Assembly: GCA_964564295.1 (NCBI GenBank)
Contig: CAZMBS010000004.1
Coordinates: 1-47,415 of the forward strand
Length of the DNA: 47,415 nucleotides
Source of the DNA: an uncultured Streptomycetaceae bacterium
GTDB taxonomy: Bacteria > Pseudomonadota > Gammaproteobacteria > Burkholderiales > SG8-41
Direction of reading: 5' to 3'
A model generated the notes under the pieces. That model saw only the letters and a program-made list of their open reading frames with translations, was not told the origin of the DNA and ran no database searches. Of the stretch, positions 42,318-47,415 are shown piece after piece (the first letter of the stretch is position 1; every line of letters begins with the position of its first letter). The position numbers were made by a program, and so were the translations under genes.

Positions 42318-43610
42318 TTACGCCAGTTTCTCGCGCGCGATCAAGCGCGCGATGTTGTCGCCGTCGAGTTCCAGAAACCGGTGTCCGAGGTCGCGCACGT
42401 TCGAGCAGCCGATTAGCGCCATCACGCGGTCGACCTCGGATTTCAGTATGTCGATCGCATGCGCAACGCCGGCTTCGCCGGCGACCACCGCGCCGTAGAG
42501 CGGCGCGCGGCCGACAAACACCATGTTCGCGCCAAGTGCGAGCGCTTTCACGATGTCCGCGCCGCGCCGGAATCCGCTGTCGGCCATGATCACGAGCCGG
42601 CCTCCGACCGCCGACACGATGCCGGGCAGCGCCTCGATCGGAGATACCGCGCCGTCGAGCTGACGTCCACCATGGTTCGACACGAACACACCATCCACGC
42701 CGCACGCGGCGGCAGACAACGCGTCTTCCGCCGTGAGGATGCCCTTCACGAACAGCTTGCGCGGCCAGATCGAGCGCACCCACCGAAGATCGTCCCAGTG
42801 CAGCGCGTCGCGCCGCGCGCGAAACTCCTCGAGATTCTGCGCGACGATACGACCGCCGACGTTGGCATCCACGTTGGTGAAGCGCGGCACGCCCGAATCG
42901 AGCATCGTGCGCAGAAACACGCCCAGCAGCCAGCGCGGATGCGCGAGGCCGTCGACGAGGTTGCCGGCACGGAGCCGGAACGGAATGCCGAATCCATTGC
43001 GGCGGTTGTATTCCCGGTTCGCCCCCACCGGGACGTCTGTGGTCACCACCAGCGCCTCGAAGCCCGCGTCCCGCGCGCGCGTGATGAGCCGCTCCGCCGA
43101 GACCCGTTCCTTCGACATGTAGAGCTGAAACCACTTCGTGCCGCCGACTTCGGCGGCGACACGCTCCATCGCGATGAACGACGCCGTCGACAGCACGAAA
43201 GGAATGCCCGCCGCCTCCGCCGCGCGCGCGAGCGCCAGATCGGCCTCGAAACAATAGAGTCCGGCGGCGCCGGTCGGCGCGATGCCGAACGGCGCCGTGT
43301 AGGTCTTTCCGAACACCTCCGTCGCGATCGTGCGCTGCGAGACATCCGCGAGCGTGAACGGCCGAAGGCGGATACGCTCGAACACGGCGCGGTTGTTCCG
43401 CAGCGTCACGTCGTCCTCGGCGCCGCCGTCCAGAAATTCCCACGCCACGCGCGGCAGCCGCCGCCGCGCGAGTTCGCGGAGATTCTCGATGCTGGTGATC
43501 TGTTGCCTGTTCACAATCCGGATCGGGAGTGCCGGCGCGACGTGCGTTCGAGCGAAGTTCCGCCGCGCCGGGTAAAATGGTGCGCCATTGTAGCGGTCGA
43601 CAGGCCGCAT
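42318..43610 (-). CDS. FMN-dependent alpha-hydroxy-acid dehydrogenase/oxidase (LldD / mandelate dehydrogenase family)
   Basis: Motifs RRRLPRVAWEFLDGGAEDD, SNHGGRQLD and GRAPLYG. The start is uncertain: Met at 43610 chosen, GTG near 43515 possible. Confidence 0.85.
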   Translation of the reverse strand: MRPVDRYNGAPFYPARRNFARTHVAPALPIRIVNRQQITSIENLRELARRRLPRVAWEFLDGGAEDDVTLRNNRAVFERIRLRPFTLADVSQRTIATEVFGKTYTAPFGIAPTGAAGLYCFEADLALARAAEAAGIPFVLSTASFIAMERVAAEVGGTKWFQLYMSKERVSAERLITRARDAGFEALVVTTDVPVGANREYNRRNGFGIPFRLRAGNLVDGLAHPRWLLGVFLRTMLDSGVPRFTNVDANVGGRIVAQNLEEFRARRDALHWDDLRWVRSIWPRKLFVKGILTAEDALSAAACGVDGVFVSNHGGRQLDGAVSPIEALPGIVSAVGGRLVIMADSGFRRGADIVKALALGANMVFVGRAPLYGAVVAGEAGVAHAIDILKSEVDRVMALIGCSNVRDLGHRFLELDGDNIARLIAREKLA

Positions 43611-43654
43611 CGCCACGTCCCCCGACAACCATCCACCGCCGGAGAGTCCACACC

Positions 43655-44461
43655 ATGAAGACCGCAACCCGCAAGGCGAGCGTCACCAGATTGCGCACCA
43701 GCCGGACGCCGAAACGCGTGTCGGATGGCGAATGGCAGGCCCGGGTGGAACTCGCTGCCGCCTACCGGCTTGCCGCGCTGATGGGCTGGACCGACATGCT
43801 CGGCACACACATCTCGTGCCGCGTGCCCGGCACCGAGGACCAGTTTCTGATCAATCCGTACGGGTTGTTCTTCGAGGAAATGACGGCATCCTCGCTCATC
43901 AAGTGCGACGTCGACGGGCGCAAGCTGTCGGAGTCCCCGTACGAGGTGAATTATGCGGGCTTCACGATACACAGCGCCATCCACATGGGCGCGCCCGCCG
44001 CACATGCCGTCATGCACTGCCATACCCAGTACGGGGTCGCCGTGGCCTCGCAGAAGGACGGCCTGCTGCCGCTTACGCAGATGGCGCTGACCGCGATGCA
44101 TCTCGTGCGCTACCACGACTACGAAGGCGTTGCGGAAAACCTGTCCGAACGCGAGCGCATCGTGCGGGACCTCGGCGACGGCGGCATCATGATTCTGCGC
44201 AACCACGGCACGCTGTCGGTCGGCGCCACGGTCGGCGAGATGTTCGCGCGCATGTACCGCATCGAACGCGCCTGCAAGTTCCAGATCGCCGCGACGTCCG
44301 GCGGCGCCGAACTGAACCGCTTGCCGCAGGAAGTCATCGACTACACGATCGAACAGAGCAAGGCGCTGTATGCCAGGGGCGGGCGCGCGGAAGGCGGCCG
44401 GCTGCAATGGGCGGCACTGCTGCGCAAGCTCGACCGCGAAAACCCCGGCTACGCAAGATAG
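43655..44461 (+). CDS. Class II aldolase/adducin-family protein
   Basis: 268 aa from MKTATRK (GGAGAG SD) with GTHISCRVPG and HCHTQYGVAVAS His-motif regions. Confidence 0.85.
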   Translation: MKTATRKASVTRLRTSRTPKRVSDGEWQARVELAAAYRLAALMGWTDMLGTHISCRVPGTEDQFLINPYGLFFEEMTASSLIKCDVDGRKLSESPYEVNYAGFTIHSAIHMGAPAAHAVMHCHTQYGVAVASQKDGLLPLTQMALTAMHLVRYHDYEGVAENLSERERIVRDLGDGGIMILRNHGTLSVGATVGEMFARMYRIERACKFQIAATSGGAELNRLPQEVIDYTIEQSKALYARGGRAEGGRLQWAALLRKLDRENPGYAR

Positions 44462-44493
44462 TCCCAGTCGAACGAATGCAAGGAGCACACGAC

Positions 44494-45462
44494 ATGCGCA
44501 ATTGCCTGCTGGCCGCTGCGGCCGCCACCCTGATCGCCGCCGCCATGCCGGCCCCCGGAGCCGACAAGTACCCCGAGCGGCCGATCCGGCTCGTCGTGCC
44601 GTTTCCGCCCGGCGGCGGCACGGACCTCGTGTCGCGGACCATGCAGCCCGCGCTCGCGGCGCGGCTCGGCCAGCAGATCGTCATCGACAACCGCGGCGGC
44701 GCGCAGGGCATCCTCGGCACGCATATCGCGGCGACGGCCGTACCCGACGGCTACACGCTCGTCATCGCCGAAATCGGCGCGACCGCGGTCGCCCCCGCGC
44801 TGACGCCGAACATGCAATTCGACGTGATCAAGGACTTCGCGCCGATCACCAAGTTGATCGAGCAACCGTACATCATGTCCGTGCATCCCTCGGTGCCCGC
44901 GAAGAGCCTCACCGACTTCATCAAGCTCGCGCAGGCGAAACCCAACGCCTACAATTACGGCTCGGGCAACGTCACGTCACACGTCATGCAGGAGGTGTTT
45001 TTCCGCACGGCGAAAGTGACGCTGACCCACATCCCGTATCGGGGATCGGGCCCGTCGGTCGCCGCGCTGCTCGGCAACGAGGTGCAGACGCTGTTTTCCG
45101 GCCCGGGTGCGGCGATTCCGCAGATCAAGGCGGGCCGCATCCGCGGACTTGCCGTCACCACGATCAAGCGTTCGCGCGAACTGCCGGACCTGCCGACCAT
45201 CAACGAATCCGGATACAAGGGATTCGAAATCAGCGGCTGGTACGGCATCATGGCGCCCGCCAAGACACCGAAAGCGGTCATCCAGCGCCTGAACGCCGAC
45301 ATCACCGCGGTGCTGACGACCGGGGAAACGCCGAAATTGCTGATGTCGCGCGGCTACGATCCGTCACCGACCTCGTCGGAGGTATTCGCCCGGTACCTGC
45401 AGCAGGAGGTCGTGCGCTGGACCCGGGCGGTCAAGGAATACGGCATCAAGTCTACAGAGTAG
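44494..45462 (+). CDS. Bug/TctC-family substrate-binding protein
   Basis: 322 aa from MRNCLL (AGGAG SD) with a signal peptide and YPERPIRLVVPFPPGGGTDLVSR. Confidence 0.9.
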   Translation: MRNCLLAAAAATLIAAAMPAPGADKYPERPIRLVVPFPPGGGTDLVSRTMQPALAARLGQQIVIDNRGGAQGILGTHIAATAVPDGYTLVIAEIGATAVAPALTPNMQFDVIKDFAPITKLIEQPYIMSVHPSVPAKSLTDFIKLAQAKPNAYNYGSGNVTSHVMQEVFFRTAKVTLTHIPYRGSGPSVAALLGNEVQTLFSGPGAAIPQIKAGRIRGLAVTTIKRSRELPDLPTINESGYKGFEISGWYGIMAPAKTPKAVIQRLNADITAVLTTGETPKLLMSRGYDPSPTSSEVFARYLQQEVVRWTRAVKEYGIKSTE

Positions 45463-45529
45463 CCCCGTCATCGGCCCGGGCGACCGCCGTCCGGACCGGT
45501 GCGCTACCGTGTAATCCGCCGGCGCCGCC

Positions 45530-46645
45530 ATGCTGCCGATACTCGCGCTGTCGTTCTGCATCCACGCCTGCTACATCGGCAGCAAGATGGTGGTGTCGCT
45601 GTACGCGCTCGAGTTCGGCGCGAACCAGGCGCTCGTCGGCGTCATCGCGATGTTGTACGCGTTGGTGCCGCTGCTGCTCGGCGTGCACACGGGCCGGGTG
45701 GCCGACACGATCGGCGTGCGCGTGCTGATGTTCGCGGGTTCGGCCTGCATCGTCGTCGCGATGGTCGCGGGCTGTTTCGCCACGGGGCTCGTCGCGCTCT
45801 GCATCACGGCAACGCTCGTCGGCACCGGGTTCGTGCTGTTCAACGTCTGCGTGCAGAACCTGACCGGCGCCCTCGGCCATCCCGCGGACCGCGCGCGCAA
45901 TTTCAGCTGGCTGTCGATCGGCTACTCGGTGTCGACGTTCAGCGCGCCGATGATCTGCGGCTTCACGATCGACCATGCGGGCCACGCGGCGGCGTTCGCG
46001 GTGCTCGCGGGTCTCGCGGCATTGCCCACGCTGCTGCTCGCGGCGACGGGCCGTTATACGCGTACGGCGACCGCGACGGCGAGCCACGAGCAGCGCAACG
46101 CCTTCGATCTGCTGCGCATGCCCGCGCTGCGCCGGCTGATCGTCATGAGCGGACTCATGGTGGCGGCGTCCGATCTGTTCGCCTTCTACGTGCCCGTATT
46201 CATGCACTCGATCGGCCTGTCCGCGTCGACAACGGGGCTCGTGCTCGGAGCCTATGCAGTCGCGGTGTTCGTCACGCGATTTGCGATGCCGTTTCTGGTT
46301 GCGCGCTGGTCCAGCGGTGAAATCCTGTTCGTCGCGATGGGCATGTCGGCGCTGTCGTTCGTCGTGTTTCCGCTGTTCGGCAGCCTCTATCCGCTCATGG
46401 CGCTCGCGTTCGTCATCGGGCTCGGCCTCGGCTGCGGGCAGCCGCTGTCGATGACCCTGTGCTACGAACGCTCGCCGCCGGGCCGCACCGGCGAAGCCAC
46501 CGGGTTGCGGCTCACCGCGAACAACATCGCGCGCGTCGTCGTACCGCTCGTCTCCGGCGCCCTCGGGGCGGCACTGGGCGCCGCGCCGGTGTTCTGGCTT
46601 TCGGCAATCAATCTGTTCGCGGTCAGCAGCTTCGCGCGACGTTGA
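45530..46645 (+). CDS. MFS transporter
   Basis: 371-aa polytopic hydrophobic ORF with an MFS-like loop (GRVADTIGVR). Confidence 0.8.
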   Translation: MLPILALSFCIHACYIGSKMVVSLYALEFGANQALVGVIAMLYALVPLLLGVHTGRVADTIGVRVLMFAGSACIVVAMVAGCFATGLVALCITATLVGTGFVLFNVCVQNLTGALGHPADRARNFSWLSIGYSVSTFSAPMICGFTIDHAGHAAAFAVLAGLAALPTLLLAATGRYTRTATATASHEQRNAFDLLRMPALRRLIVMSGLMVAASDLFAFYVPVFMHSIGLSASTTGLVLGAYAVAVFVTRFAMPFLVARWSSGEILFVAMGMSALSFVVFPLFGSLYPLMALAFVIGLGLGCGQPLSMTLCYERSPPGRTGEATGLRLTANNIARVVVPLVSGALGAALGAAPVFWLSAINLFAVSSFARR

Positions 46646-46735
46646 CGCTCACATGCCGGACCGCGGATTTTGCGTCACAATTGCGTCACCTTGCCCGCCC
46701 ACCATTCACCATCGCACAACCGGAAAGGAACTTCC

Positions 46736-47415
46736 ATGGCCTACGAAGGCATGATTGCTGAAACGATCACGATAAACGGCAACAACCGCGAACCGGTTTC
46801 CGCCTACGTCGCGCGCCCGCTGGGCGCAGGTCCGTTCCCCGGCGTCGTGCTCGTGCATCACAACCCCGGCTGGGACGAGTGGTATCGCGAAGCCACGCGC
46901 AAATTCGCGCATTACGGTTACGCGGCGATCAGCCACAACCTGTTTCATCGCGCCGGCGAAGGCAGGTCCGACGACGTCGCGGCCAGGGTGCGCGCCGAGG
47001 GCGGCGTGCCGGATGCGCAGGTCATCGGCGACACCGAGGGCGCCGTGCAGTGGCTGCGCGCGCAGCCGTGGCTGAACGGCAAGGTCGGTGTGATCGGTTC
47101 CTGTTCCGGCGGGCGGTTGACGTTTCTCTATGCCTGCCACACCACGAGCATCGACTGTGCGGTCGAACTCTGGGGCGGACGCGTCGTCATGAGCAAGGAG
47201 GAACTCACGCCCAAGCTGCCGGTGGCGCCGATCGAGTTCACGAAGAACCTCTGCTGCCCGCTGCTCGGGTTGTTTGGCAACGAGGATCGCGCGCCCACGC
47301 CCGAGCAGGTGAACCAGCACGAGGCGGAACTCAAAAAGCACGGCAAGCAGTACGAGTTTCACCGCTACGACGGCGCCGGTCACGGCTTTTTCTATTACGA
47401 CCGGCCGATGTACCG
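46736..47415 (+). CDS. Dienelactone hydrolase-family protein, 3'-truncated by the window end
   Basis: My own translation from the ATG at 46736 (GGAAAGGAA SD) reads MAYEGMIAETITING..GVVLVHHNPGWDEW..GVIGSCSGGR (Gly-x-Cys-x-Gly nucleophile elbow)..HRYDGAGHGF. The frame is open to the end of the window. Confidence 0.75.
   Translation, partial: MAYEGMIAETITINGNNREPVSAYVARPLGAGPFPGVVLVHHNPGWDEWYREATRKFAHYGYAAISHNLFHRAGEGRSDDVAARVRAEGGVPDAQVIGDTEGAVQWLRAQPWLNGKVGVIGSCSGGRLTFLYACHTTSIDCAVELWGGRVVMSKEELTPKLPVAPIEFTKNLCCPLLGLFGNEDRAPTPEQVNQHEAELKKHGKQYEFHRYDGAGHGFFYYDRPMY

Noticed and set aside
1-47415. A window-wide look for CRISPR arrays, rRNA genes, IS elements/transposases, integrases, retron-type reverse transcriptases and phage structural genes.
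   Set aside because: I found no regularly spaced short repeats, no DDE/tyrosine/serine recombinase or RT motifs in any credible ORF, and no rRNA-like sequence. The only mobile-DNA traces are the tRNA-derived direct repeat and the TA remnants.

Overview
High-G+C proteobacterial chromosome segment. Three Bug/TctC-type binding proteins and a PMH-type phosphonate monoester hydrolase suggest a Burkholderiales-like betaproteobacterium (inference only). The window opens inside tRNA-Arg(CCT). The tRNA 3' end plus about 85 nt downstream is repeated 2.2 kb to the right. Right of the second copy lies a visibly AT-richer islet (about 2.4-5.7 kb). It carries a co-directional module: a tail-anchored small protein, an HNH nuclease with an orphan N-terminal domain, an unlisted 37-codon basic ORF, and a 238-aa protein with only remote RlmJ-like features. 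A decayed toxin with an orphan HigA-like antitoxin follows. I rank this module as the best candidate for an undescribed defence or restriction-like system. From 5.7 to 25.8 kb, 18 consecutive minus-strand genes form a phosphorus-scavenging supercluster: a GntR regulator, phnA, a Zn-ADH, phnY, phnD-E-C-E, a TPR lipoprotein, a Dpp/Opp-type ABC importer, PMH, PhoD, a Na/Pi symporter and a DMT exporter. The rest holds an SDR, Bug binding proteins, a Ser/Thr kinase fused to a cNMP-binding domain next to a Cache-PAS-GGDEF-EAL protein, and an MFS plus two-subunit molybdo-oxidoreductase. A second small lower-GC islet carries a TumE/TumA-like toxin-antitoxin pair. After it come a secreted atypical HExxH protein and a PrpF / FMN-dehydrogenase / class II aldolase / Bug / MFS / dienelactone-hydrolase cluster. 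I saw no rRNA, CRISPR array, transposase or integrase. Many long ORFs in the track are high-GC antisense or alternative-frame artefacts. All homology calls come from motif recognition by eye, not from searches.
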